35,894 nt of DNA from contig JAUCBJ010001420.1 of assembly GCA_032718475.1 (NCBI GenBank), positions 1 through 35,894 on the forward strand. Direction: 5' to 3'. The DNA comes from Nemertoderma westbladi (taxonomy: Eukaryota > Animalia > Xenacoelomorpha). Under the pieces are notes generated by a model, which was given only the letters and a program-made list of their open reading frames with translations, was not told where the DNA came from and made no database searches. A program made the translations under genes and the position numbers. Within the stretch, counting starts at the first letter, position 1. The number at the start of each line of letters is the position of its first letter. Shown piece by piece: positions 10,401-21,526 of the stretch.

Positions 10401-11422
10401 AAATAAATATTATAAACAAATAAATATTGGCCATAGTTTAAAATTGACTAATTATAAAAACCCTATATATAACTATATAGACCTAAAAATGTATAAAAGT
10501 AATAATAATAAAAAATAAAATAAATAAATATTTTTCTCACAAAGGTACCGGTATTTATAAATCAGACTGTACCAGAGCAGTGAAAGAGGCTGTTACTGGT
10601 ATAACATTAGGCTCACCAGCATCATTTTGAAGTAAATCATAAGTATTAGTTGTCGGACAGGCGTTAAAGGTAGGAGATATATTTTTACCTAAAACAACAT
10701 TATCCTCATTAACCGGTTTATTTACCGATATAATACTATGTTTGGTGCTCCCGAATATCAGAGTAGTTACGACTGTCAACAAAGTAGCTGATAGTAGCGT
10801 ACTCTGGCCAGTTGTCACCATTAATCCGCCGAAGACTGTTTGATTCAGGTTACAGCAAGGACCGTTTGGGTCAAATTGACCCACAGTATATTATTGATAA
10901 TATTATGAATCAAAATGACCAACAGTGAGGTTTTATCAGTGTGGAAACTCATTTGCGACTTACTGACAACTTTTTTAGGATATTTACATCCGATTTGGTT
11001 TCAATAACGAACGTAGCGAGTGACACAACGAAACGAGGATTTCTCATTTTGTTCAGATATGAACTTTACATAGAAATGTTAACAACTCCACCAGAACAAG
11101 CATGTGTATCAATATGAGTTTCATAATATCATTCACTTAAGTACTCAGACTATTTACATCAACCTGGGATTGATTAACGAGCGAAGTGAGTGACACAAAA
11201 ACCGAGTCCACTTTAATTGAATAATTATTCGCAAACAATGAGAGAACATTTGAGTGGCGCTGATTAAAGGCTAAACAACTGTGACAAATGATATTCTCTG
11301 ATAGCACCTTTCTAACACCCATATGATATACATTTACATATACTTGTATAGAAGAATTCTAGAGATAATCTTATTTGTTTCCCAAATAAATAGTGAAGTA
11401 AATATATCATAAATATGTTTCT

Positions 11423-11975
11423 ACTAAAGCTACGGGACCTAAACACTACAGGACCTACTACTACTGACCTAACTCAGTACTGTAACTGCATAAAATATAC
11501 CGATTTGGACCTAATGCTACCAGGCTGTTTTGTACATTACCCACAAAAGAGATTCTCAAAAATGTTTCCATTTTGCACACAACTGTTATATATTAGCCAA
11601 TTTATTAATTTATAGGCCTATAGGCTAATGACAGAATGACTACTGGTTGCCGGTAGGTGTAGGCCTTGACAGCTAGATTATTATATTTACGGCAATATAG
11701 CCAGACACCAGTCCTGGTACTGTAGCTTTAGGTTTTGGCAACCTGGTAGCTTTAGGTCCGGAGGATTAGGTCTGTGGCATTAGGTCCTGGCAGCCTGTTA
11801 TGTTAGGGCCGAGCCATTTGGTCAGTCTGCCTCCATAGGCAGGCAGGTTAGTAAAGGAGCAGGTTATAGAGGAGAGTTGAAAAGAACCAAAGCAATAAAC
11901 AAGAGTTAGGAATAATGTAATGTAATGTGTTACAGGACCTAAAGTATACCGGTTTGAACCTAAAGCTACATTACC
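11423..11975. repeat. Cluster of short GGACCTAA(A/T)GCTAC repeats in alternating orientation; probable MITE remnants
   Basis: Forward copies at about 11423-11525 and 11935-11970; inverted copies (GTAGCTTTAGG, GGCATTAGGTCC) at about 11720-11790. Confidence 0.5.
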
Positions 11976-12057
11976 ACTGACTAGGCCTAATTAGAAGACG
12001 TTCCATACAGGAAATATGGTTCATAGACAATACTAGGTTTCCATATTACACACACAC

Positions 12058-12186
12058 ACTACTAGGATCGGCATGCTGCATTGCAGCTGCATTTTTAATG
12101 TGTCGGCTTATCGACAAAATTGCACCGCCACAACTCCCTATCACCCATGACATTTGCTAGATCATCCTCATCTTCAAGGCCAGTGT
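12058..12186 (-). mobile_element. 130-bp 3' fragment of the same RTE family as 6650-6890
   Basis: CTACTAGGATCGGCATGCTGCATTGCAGCTGCATTTTTAA...CACAACTCCCTATCACCCATGACATTTGCTAGATCATCC is shared almost verbatim. Confidence 0.85.
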
Positions 12187-12812
12187 AAAGGCTTTTGCGG
12201 AATTAGCCGGTTATTTTCCCGGTAAAGTACTCTGTAGTTGGTTTAACAGGCATAAAAAGCCGTGTCCCTACTGTACTGGTGTTTTAGAGGACATAAAAGT
12301 CATTTCTTCTGTATGTGTACTTTAGCGGACATAATTCGCAATTTTATGACGCAATGCGCCAAATCCTCTGTAAACAGTGTAGCTACCATGACGACGGCTA
12401 ACAGCTGATGCTGTACACGTGGAGCTTGTTCTTTGTTCTCTGTTCCTTCTTTGTTCGGTCGACCAATCAGAGCGTTTTTTGCCTCTGTGTTGGAGATTGT
12501 ATATAGAAACTCGTGGAGTTGAGTCAGTATGTGATTTTGTCCACAGCCTACAACACCGGCTTTGGAACCTCCGTGTTTCAGTCTTTAGTCCAACATTAGT
12601 AGGCTTAATTATAGAACGTATATCCGTTATCTTAACTTAACATATCATACCTAACTAACCCACGATCATATCAATTTATACCTTAACATTTTACTGCTTT
12701 TACTGTCGGTTATTCATTATATTTGTTGATGGAATATTATATTTGGAATACTGATAAATAATCAGACACCCCAATCTTCTTGATATACTAAAGGTTAGAG
12801 AGACCGGTTACA
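12184..12812 (+). mobile_element. Possible solo LTR
   Basis: Starts TGTAA and ends TTACA (629 bp), with an internal CCAAT (about 12463) and a TATA-like TATATAGAA (about 12500). No matching TSD is seen; the left flank is occupied by the RTE fragment. Confidence 0.35.
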
Positions 12813-13428
12813 TATAACAATTGCGACTTACATTAAGTGGTTTGAAGTGAATCTAATGCTATTTTATAGGCCCTACATGCCAGCCTGGAAAAAGTCACCC
12901 AGGCGCGCACAACGCCCGCGCACTTCATTGCCAACCGCGCATTCCCATATAGAAAAATCGCGCACCCCAAGAATCTTAACCGCGCACCCCAAGAATCTTA
13001 ACCGCGCACCCCAAAAATCTCAACCGCGCACCCAAAAAATTCAACCGCGCACCCCCAGACCCCGAAAATAAAAGGTAGGATAGGCATACCTTAGTTTAAA
13101 TTGCGCGAGACTACTGCTACGACTACCGCAAGCCTGACACGTTACAATTTGTGCAATTTCTGTACAATTTAGACAATTGTACAATTTGTGTCTGTACAAT
13201 TTAGTAGCAGACTGATTGCTGCCCAAGCTGCCAAGCCCAACGAAAATCGTATAAATCGTAGGCCTACTTACTGCAATACTGTATTAGGCCTACACATTTA
13301 TTTATTTTATTTATTTATTTATTTACATTTATTATTAGCAAAAACACTAATTATTATCACAATAATAGTTAATGATTAGAAAAAATTGAATCAAGAAGTA
13401 GGTAATTAAACTAAGTTGTTAGGCGCAT

Positions 13429-13535
13429 CCGCATATACTGTACACGTACAGTTCGTACCTTACCGCATATACTGTACAGTGTACACGTACATTTCGTACC
13501 TTACCGCATATACTGTACACGTACAGTTCACGTAC
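13429..13535. repeat. Tandem repeat, three copies of about 34-40 bp
   Basis: CCGCATATACTGTACACGTACAGTTCGTACCTTA occurs three times with small indels. Confidence 0.85.
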
Positions 13536-14010
13536 GTACTATTATTTTACTGTATTATTATAGTTATACTGTAGATACAGTAAGAGTATTTGAGTAACAA
13601 CGTAAACCAATCTCGATGTAAAACAATCGTATGTTTTTCAAAATTGTTGATCAGTTGTTTAAAACAAGTGTGACGTTATGCTGTTATGAAAGGTTTCATT
13701 AAAAAAATTTATATTTAAAATTGTATGCCTACAGTATATTTCTCTAGTTCAATTTGGAATAAAAAATTTCATTGCGAAATCTAATAACTATTTACATACA
13801 TGTATAATGCGTACATGGAGTTCTTGGAAATGCTGCGACCAGAGTAAGTACGGAAACGGAAATAAGGTAGCATAATGTAATCAGGTCATACTGTATGTTT
13901 AGGTTAACCGATCACAGTTCTGAATTAAAAATGTAATGTTCTTAGTGGAATGATATACTTTTATTTGTATATTTACATTCATATTTATGTACTTTTATTT
14001 GTTTATTTAA

Positions 14011-14577
14011 AGGTCAGCAATAATATTAAAGGTATTAAAAGAATATTAGAGAATTTCAAAACATATTTTCGGCCGAAATTTCGGCCGAAATATTTTTTTA
14101 CATTTGTTCAGCTCTTTCATTTGCTGTCATTTTCGGCCGAAATTTCTACCGAAATTTAGGCCGAAATATTTTGTTACATTTATTCAGCTCTTTCATTTGA
14201 TGTCATTTTCGGCCGAAATCGCGATCGAAATTTCGGCCGAAAATGTCATCAAATGGAAGAGCTGAAAATGTAGTAAAATATTTCGGTCGAGATTTCGGCC
14301 GAAAATGACATCAAATTGAAGAGCTGAAAAAATGTAATAATATATTTCGGCCGAAAATGACATCAAATGAAAGAGCTGAAAAAATGTAATAAAATATTTC
14401 GGCCGAAAATGACATCAAATGAAAGTGCTGAAAAAATGTAACAAAATATTCTAAATGTTAAACTAAATATCATAATAAACTAGGGCCTATAAAACAAAAT
14501 ATTTTAAATTTCGGCCGAAAATATGTTTTGAAATTCTCTAATATTCTTTTTAAAACCTTTAATATTATTGCTGACCT
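14011..14577. mobile_element. Nested foldback MITE (Kolobok-like ends) with palindromic TTTCGGCCGAAA array
   Basis: About 70-bp TIRs AGGTCAGCAATAATATTAAAGG... / ...CCTTTAATATTATTGCTGACCT. TTAA is present on the left; the right flank is TTTG. More than 10 copies of TTTCGGCCGAAA lie inside. It sits within the hAT-like element. Confidence 0.85.
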
Positions 14578-15815
14578 TTTGGCGTTAACGGCGCCTCATA
14601 TTTACCTTGCCAAGTAATAGTGTTATGATAAAAAACTAATAAATTTTGAACTAAAAAATTAACTGTTTTCTGCACATATGCTTAAAACATATGTAAGTAT
14701 GGAAATCGAAAACGAAATAGTTGAAATAACCTGCCACGAATGCATATGACGACATAAATCAGTAAATAGATACAAGACAATACATATGTCAATTAAAATT
14801 TCCGTACTTACATATGTCAGTATGTTTTCAGCATATGTGCAGAAACAGGAAAATTTTTGGCGCGCAAGAGCGCGCACACACACGCCATGTGCGCGCAAGC
14901 GCGTACACATATGCCATGTGCGCGCAAGCGCGCACATGTGGCTTGCTCTGTGGGCGCACGGCGCACGTTTTTGGCCTTTTCTGCGCACGCGCACGCGCAC
15001 CCATTATTTTACCGCGCACAATGCGTTTTAATTTTTGCAAACATTTTCCAGGCTGGCCTACATGTATTGTCTGTTGTTCTCTTTATATGTGACTAAAATT
15101 AGTGAAGGTCGGCAGATTAGTGTGCAGCATTGTGCAGTATTGTGTATGATCGTGATTGATAACGAAGCATTTCCTAAAGAATGCGCCATATACGTGAATC
15201 TATAGCCATCCGTTGTATATAGTTTAAGTCATAACTCTGTTTATATATTTAAAGCGCCACGTCCTAAAGGAACTGTTAATATTTCCCGAAAGTGAATAAC
15301 ATTTGTCAGAGATTATATATATTACGATCAGTCGAATAATACAGTAGGCCTACACCGCAATACAATTAGGCTTCCGAATCCAGTCTCCCGGGTATATCCA
15401 GCGGGTGAATGATCGCGCATAGACTGGTTTCGGCTAATGTAGTGTATCAAATATTTGTCATAGGCTAAAGACGATCTATTATCTAGAAGACATCCCAATT
15501 TGGCAGGTTAAACTGCTAAAGGTCTGAAAGCGCGAACAATAACGGATATCGCTTCTGTATTGCAGTAGGCAATAAAGCTGAAGTACCGGACAACCGGTAC
15601 CTAGTAGGCCTGACTACCTAACCACCCGGACCGGTACCTACAGCAGTACAGGTACAGCAGTATTATTCGATTGTGAAATTGTATACCGGTAGGCTGTTTA
15701 AGAGATTAGGGACTGTACACCCCTTGTTTCTTTTGGAGCTTACTTATTTCTGTCAGTTTTATTTATTTGTAGGCCAGTATTGAGCAGAAGGCGTGTAAGC
15801 CTGCTCAGATTGTAC

Positions 15816-16397
15816 AGACAATTTGTAGGCTGGACTGTTGTCTGACTGTTGTTAAGTCTGAGGGGACTGTAGTGTATGTAGAGCGTATGTCCGAAAAAGT
15901 ACTAGTTAGGAAAGTAGGGGCTGCCAGTGCTGTGAGGTGAACCCCCTCGAAAGAATAAGTCGTACTACTCGGTTAGAACGCATACTAACTAACCATTTCG
16001 GAGTCTGCATATACTGTAGTGTATTTAGGCTTGATAGTAGTCTGCCAGCGTTTGGTTTGTACTTTGTTTGTGTAGTCTGTACGGGTAGCGTAATATTTCT
16101 TACTTAGATAATTTGTAGGCTGGATTTGTCTGGCTGTTGTTTAGGTCTGAAGAGATTTCGGTGTGTGTAGAGTGTATGTCCGATAAAGTGCCAGTTGGGA
16201 ACGTAGGGGCTTCCAGAGCTGTGAGGTAAACCCCCTCGAAAGAATAAGTCGTACTACTTGGTTAGAACGCATACTAACTAACCATTTCGGAGTCTGCATA
16301 TACCGTAGTTTGTTTGGGCTTGATAGTAGTCTGTCAGTATTTGGTCTGCATTTTGTTTGAGTAGTCTGTACGTGTAGCGTAATATTTATTATTCAGA
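15816..16397. repeat. Two-copy tandem duplication with 290-bp period in an unclassified repeat region
   Basis: ATTTGTAGGCTGGA at 15821 and 16111, with long identical blocks such as CCCCCTCGAAAGAATAAGTCGTACTACT and GGTTAGAACGCATACTAACTAACCATTTCGGAGTCTGCATA. Confidence 0.9.
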
Positions 16398-17363
16398 GTT
16401 TATGCGATTATTCACAACAACCAAGTTAATTCCTACAGTAATTGTGCTTGTTATATATACCGTTATAGTTAAACTAACCCCGGTACTACATCAGGGCTGC
16501 TTGGCGTAGGTAAAGACTGGTGATTTTGTGCCCCAGTCACTCCAGCAGATACCGTGGTTCTTTTAGCTGTTCAAGTATTTTTAACTACTGATTATTTGTT
16601 GTATAAGTACTTGTACCTAATTTAGGGTTTACTGTACAGTGCTTTCCGAAGGTGATTAGTGTGTAGGCAGTATATTTGTGTTGTAAAGTGGTTAATAGGC
16701 ACGTTGGTTCTGGTAGACCGCGGTAATTAACTTCTAGGTAGGAACACTCCGTGATACATAACGTAGTACTTATAGCGCCACGGCTATAAGTCGTCAGACG
16801 GTGGTATTTTTCTATCTGGACAACGCAGTATATTTACTACTACTTATTATTTTCAAATACCGTAGTAACCTGTCCGTTTTAATAACCAGATATTCTAACC
16901 CTTTGTTAGGCTGGTTAGTAGACTTCTTGTAAAATTACCCTAAAAATTCGTACTTGTAATTTTTGTGTTTATTTAGAGATTGTAATCTCACCCCGAATTG
17001 TACGTAATTTGTAGTATTAAGTAACTTAGGTAAATTAGAATTATTTGTTTTAGTGTCCAACAAGTAGCACTCCACTGAGAGCGCACAGCTTCTGTGTAGT
17101 GACTCCCCCCAGAAATAATAACATTTATTTCAAATATTGACAAAACCCATTAAACGGGTATATATATATTATAAATCAACTCAAAGATTTATAAATAGTA
17201 GGCCTGCCATACAACAATTAGGTCTAAATATCAGTTGGACTACTGCTTAAATAACGGTAATAAAGTAAGTTAAAGTAACCAAGTAACCCCTGAAATTTCA
17301 GAAATTCAGTTATTCTAAAATAACTGACATACCGGTATATACCATATATTTATTTTTACTATA

Positions 17364-19900
17364 TTGATTGCTCGGAGTTTAGTACAACAAATGTGGCTTG
17401 AAAACCACTCATGGGATGATCCACTTAAGGGAGAATTGTTAAAGAAGTGGATGAAATGGGAAGATTCTCTACCAGCCATCGAGAACTTTATAATTTCCCG
17501 TTCATATTTTGGTCATGTTCTCCCTACGTATTCCTATCAACTCCATGTGTTTGGAGACGCCAGCGATATGGGAATAGGTATAGTAGCCTACCTAAGGGTG
17601 GAAACTCCGGATGGAATCAAAGTCGCCTTGGTTACCTCTAAGGCACTGATAAACAACAAGTTGAAAGTTCCTCGAGCGGAGTTAAAGGCGGCTCTATACG
17701 CTACAGCCATCGGCCGGAATGTAACAGAACAGATCGACTATCCACTGGAGAAAACTGTCTATTGGACCGACGCTTTACTCGTGTTGGAGTATATAACCAA
17801 TGAAGTCTGTCAGTTCAGCGTCTTCGTTACCAACAGAGTAGCCATTATACTCAGTCGCACAACGATGGATCAATGGAGACATTGCCCCGGAACGATTAAT
17901 CCAACAGACATCACCTCCAGGGGAGCAACTCCACAAGAACTGGTAGACACACCAGACTGGTTAGGTGGACCCGACTTCCTCTACAAAGAAGAAGAAGAAT
18001 GGCCTCCTCATCTTACTACAGCAGAGATTACACAGGCCAAGGGAGCGGAGAAAGTCAAACCTAAAACTCGGGCGAGTAAATCGAAGTTATTCAAACCCAT
18101 GGTAGATCTGTCTGTACTACATATTTCCGGAGACGACGCTTTGGATCAGAAACCCACAGCCACAAATAAACTTGTTGTGGAAATCCGTGAGAAGGATTGG
18201 AAATCTGGAATACCAGACGTCTCGCAAGGACTCTCACCTCTTCTGCAGAGAGCGATACATCACTACAGTTCCTGGAATCGGCTCTGTAAGGCCGTTACAT
18301 ATTTAAAGAGATGTTTTCACCATCACTACTCCGGGATGAAGGCCAAAGGTGATACCGCTCCAATAACATCAGTGCAGGTCCATGTTATTAAAGATCTTCC
18401 CAAATATAAGATATCCGACAGGTTTCTGAAGGAGAAGATCAGTTATCAGGAGCATGAAGAAACCAACAAGCAGATGCTGAGACTCCTGCAATGCTATGAG
18501 GATTCCGATAAGTATTTCCTGTTGTTGAGAAATCCACAGATGCGCTTAAGGGATCATTTCTCTAGCACAATGATAGATGGGTTGATACGTGTTGGAGGAA
18601 GATTAACGAATGCTCCATTATCCTTTGACACTAAGTTTCCCATACTCATTAGAAATCTTGAAATACAAGTCAAGATGATTGTAGACGTTCACAGCAAACT
18701 TTATCATGCTGGTAGGGAACGAGTTCTTAGCGAAATTCGAACTCGCTATTATTTTTATAAACCCCGTAGAGCTCTGAACCAAGTTCTTAGGAACTGCATA
18801 CCCTGTAGGAAAGCATTCAGTAGGCCTTTAACACAGCGAGAGGCAGAATTACCTAGGGAACGAGTAAGCTTCTATGAACCACCCTTTACTAATACCGGTG
18901 TGGATTTATTTGGCCCTATTGAAGTATATCGTGCTAGGACTATAGTCAAGAGATGGTGTGTCATCTTTGTTTGTATGACTTGTAGAGCTATCCATCTCGA
19001 TATGGTGAACGATTTATCTACCAACAGCTTTCTATTAAGCTTACGACGACAGATCACTCGCTTTGGCACTAGTAACACGATGAGATCTGATAAGGAAACA
19101 TACTTCATTGGTGCCAACAATGAAATCAAAGCTTACGTCAAAGATTGGAACCAAAGACAGGTGGACGATCAGCTACGAGTAACAGCATCTAGCTGGACGT
19201 TCAACGCCGCCGACGCCCTTGGTGGGGAGGAAGTTGGGAGAGATTAATAAGAAGTGTGAAGACAGCATTTCACTTTATAGTGCCTTGCCGCGCGTATCTC
19301 ACCGACGAACTTTTGCGGACGTTAATGGAGGAAATCGCCGCCTATCTCAACGAGAGACCGCTTATGCCAGTCTCATCGAGTCCCGATTCCCTGGAAGCGC
19401 TAACACCCGCGCATTTCCTACTGAAGAAACCTGTAGCCATGCTCCCACAATCGGATATCACAGACGGAGACGAATACTGCCGGCAAACTTGGCAACTCAT
19501 GCAGTTGTTATCCCGTCGTTTCGCTGACCATTTCGAAAAACATTATCTGCCCACGCTACAACTTCGAACTAAGTGGTTTGCGCAGCAAGAAAACGTCAGC
19601 GCTGGAGACATGGTTCTCATTGTGGATGTAGATCTTCCACGTAAGCAGTGGCAGACAGGTCGTATCATCGAGACTCACATCTCGGATGATGGTTTGGTGT
19701 GATCGGTAGAACTCGTCGTCATGCGACGTAACTTGAAGAAACCGGGAATTGTCTTCGAGACACAGCAGCTCAATCGCCCAGTTGGTCGCTTATGTTTACT
19801 GGAAAGAGACAGAGAACTCTCCGGAAACTATGGGAGGCAAGATACTCTTCCTACGACCACCTCCCTAATCCAACAAACATCTAGGGACTCCCCAACTTAA
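17364..19900 (+). pseudogene. pol: Bel/Pao retrotransposon A pol, 5'-truncated (RNase H plus integrase), disabled
   Basis: WDDPL, LHVFGDAS, WRHCPGTINPTDITSRG, HHCC finger, TGVDLFGP and NERPL...LTPAHFL. A 1-nt deletion near 19217 breaks APWWGGSWERLIRSVK, there is a premature TGA at 19700, and the true stop is TAA 19898-19900. Confidence 0.95.
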
Positions 19901-20409
19901 CAACGGCTGGAGTGGGTGTATGACTGTATTTTATATTTGTTTTATTCTTTTATATTTATGTATATATTATTATGTAATTTTATTATAATCGTTTTCTTTA
20001 ATTTTATTTAATAGAACGTTATTTTAGCGATTATTTAGTAGATTAGTGCAATATATATTCGCGTTTATTACTTAATTACTTATACATTATATATTTAGTG
20101 CGACGGCGAGAAATAATTCTTTTTCTCCTTCCTTACTGTCCGTATTACATTACAAATACGTAACTACAGTAAGATGAAATGTCCGTACTTATTAAAGTAC
20201 AATAAAGCTCCTACTATATTTAAGTATTATTGGTAGGCAGAGTATTAGGAATGCAAAATTCAGATCCTCGTGTCTCGGCTAAACCAAGCTCTGGGTAGAC
20301 CTTGGAAACGACTTGCCTCTTCTCACTGACATTGCTTCGTCTTCATACCGTATATTAAATAATACATATAGTAGCGTGATGTCCTTTTAACAGTAGCGTA
20401 TAACGCAAA

Positions 20410-20740
20410 ATAAATCTGTTAAACCCTTTGACCATCTGTAATTCTAGTCGATTAAGATATCGCGGCACCCACCGATATACTTGAAAGACAAATTCTAGAA
20501 TCAGTGGTTAACGTCACCAGACAAGTTTTGGAATAAACTGGTGCCCATCCTAAATATTAATTATTAATATTTATAAAATCTGTCGAAATTTTAGATCCTT
20601 TAAAATTCTATAGTCGATTAAGATATCGTAGCACTTACCGATACTCTTAAAAAGACAAAATTCCTAGAATCAAGGATCCCAGTCCCCAGACACATTCTGG
20701 AATAAAATTGTGTCTATTTAACATTAAATAATAAAATTTA
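20410..20740. repeat. Diverged two-copy tandem repeat (166-bp period) in the post-pol spacer of copy A
   Basis: TAGTCGATTAAGATATCG at 20445 and 20611, each followed by similar ACCGATA...AAAGACAAA...CTAGAATCA...TGGAATAAA. Confidence 0.8.
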
Positions 20741-21240
20741 CGGGAATAAATTTAAATTCATATATTTCAATGAATTTAATAAATTGTCATTTTATACAAT
20801 TTATAACATTCCCAAAATTCCATTAATTAATAGATCATGGGAGCGGAGATTCACTCTATTAAGTGTATTTGTGTGCGCGAATCTCCAATATATAGTCAAT
20901 AGCCGATAAAATTCATAAAATCATATATAGAGAGGATATTGACAATTAAAGAATTACTATTAAATAGCATCCCAGATCTGTATGCATAAGAATTACCCTA
21001 ATTCTACCGCTAGCTTTCCATAATGTCACCATGGCAACAACCACGCTAGAATTAGAAGTGAGTTAAAAGAACAATAGAAGGCTTGCCCCATTGAATAGCA
21101 TAGGGAATAAATAGCGCACTGCTAGTATCCAAGGATACATAATAAATACAGTGACATTCTGGAAGGTACTGACTAACGGACAAATGGCCCGAATGTGTAC
21201 AGTTTGTGGCAGTTGTGTTGAATTTGTGCGTTCATAGGTG

Positions 21241-21495
21241 AATGTTACTGCTAAAGTGTGTTTACAGTAGCTAGTCGCAATTGTGAAAGTAGCCCTAACT
21301 CTCCAGAAAGAACCTGAAGTACATCTAAGCCTTTGGGACGGACAGTGGAGTGACTTGTGCCGGTTATCGTTGTCGTTGTGTAGCTACATCGTTGGCGAAA
21401 GCACAGCGACGACGGTACATCGGCGCTGAGGATCTTGCACTGTCCGGGGGCAAAAGAGGGGTAGGCAGCGACGCCCGCTAGCCTAATATATAAAC
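21241..21495 (+). ncRNA. Conserved structured cis-RNA element of Bel/Pao copy A (function unknown)
   Basis: About 85% identical to the reverse complement of 27483-27736. Nested stems such as 21339-21347/21438-21446 and 21365-21380/21402-21417 show compensatory changes between the copies. Confidence 0.75.
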
Positions 21496-21526
21496 TCATT
21501 ATAATATTGATAAACTCATAGCAGAT

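Larger units (their letters stand above)
12880..15056. mobile_element. hAT-like non-autonomous DNA transposon, 2177 bp, with 8-bp TSD
   Basis: TIRs CCAGCCTGGAAAA / TTTTCCAGGCTGG and perfect TSD CCTACATG (12872-12879, 15057-15064). Dense subterminal (C)GCGCAC motifs at both ends (about 22-bp tandem units at 12955-13055; 14860-15020). No transposase. Confidence 0.9.

Noticed and set aside
10555-11322. ORF1 of the LINE at 9397-10400
   Set aside because: The short minus-strand ORFs have no recognisable ORF1 motif. The GGGTCAAATTGACCC palindrome and repeated GCGAGTGACACA motifs suggest other repeat debris.
14058-14520. CRISPR-like array of palindromic TTTCGGCCGAAA repeats
   Set aside because: The intervening sequences are themselves repeated, orientation flips midway, the array sits inside TIRs, no cas genes are present and the context is eukaryotic.
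14659-15096. Cluster of overlapping Arg/Ala/His/Cys-rich ORFs
   Set aside because: They are by-products of the stop-free GCGCAC subterminal repeats of the hAT-like element.
15850-16200. Retrozyme-like hammerhead in the 290-bp repeat (CTGAGGGGAC...GTCCGAAA; CTGAAGAGAT...GTCCGATA)
   Set aside because: Neither copy has a complete core, stem II is not properly adjacent to GAAA, and stems I and III do not form convincingly.
21345-21440. SECIS element (GUGA/GGAU quartet) within the conserved RNA
   Set aside because: There is no unpaired AA 11-13 nt above the quartet and the helix is far too long. The upstream TGA at 19700 looks like a CGA>TGA decay mutation (Arg in copy B).
21241-21495. Group I/II intron, dicistrovirus IGR IRES or HCV-like IRES identity for the conserved RNA
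   Set aside because: Only isolated short resemblances are present (GUGUG, GAUCUUGC, GCGAAAG). I could not find the domain V, P7 or pseudoknot signatures by eye, so no family is assigned.
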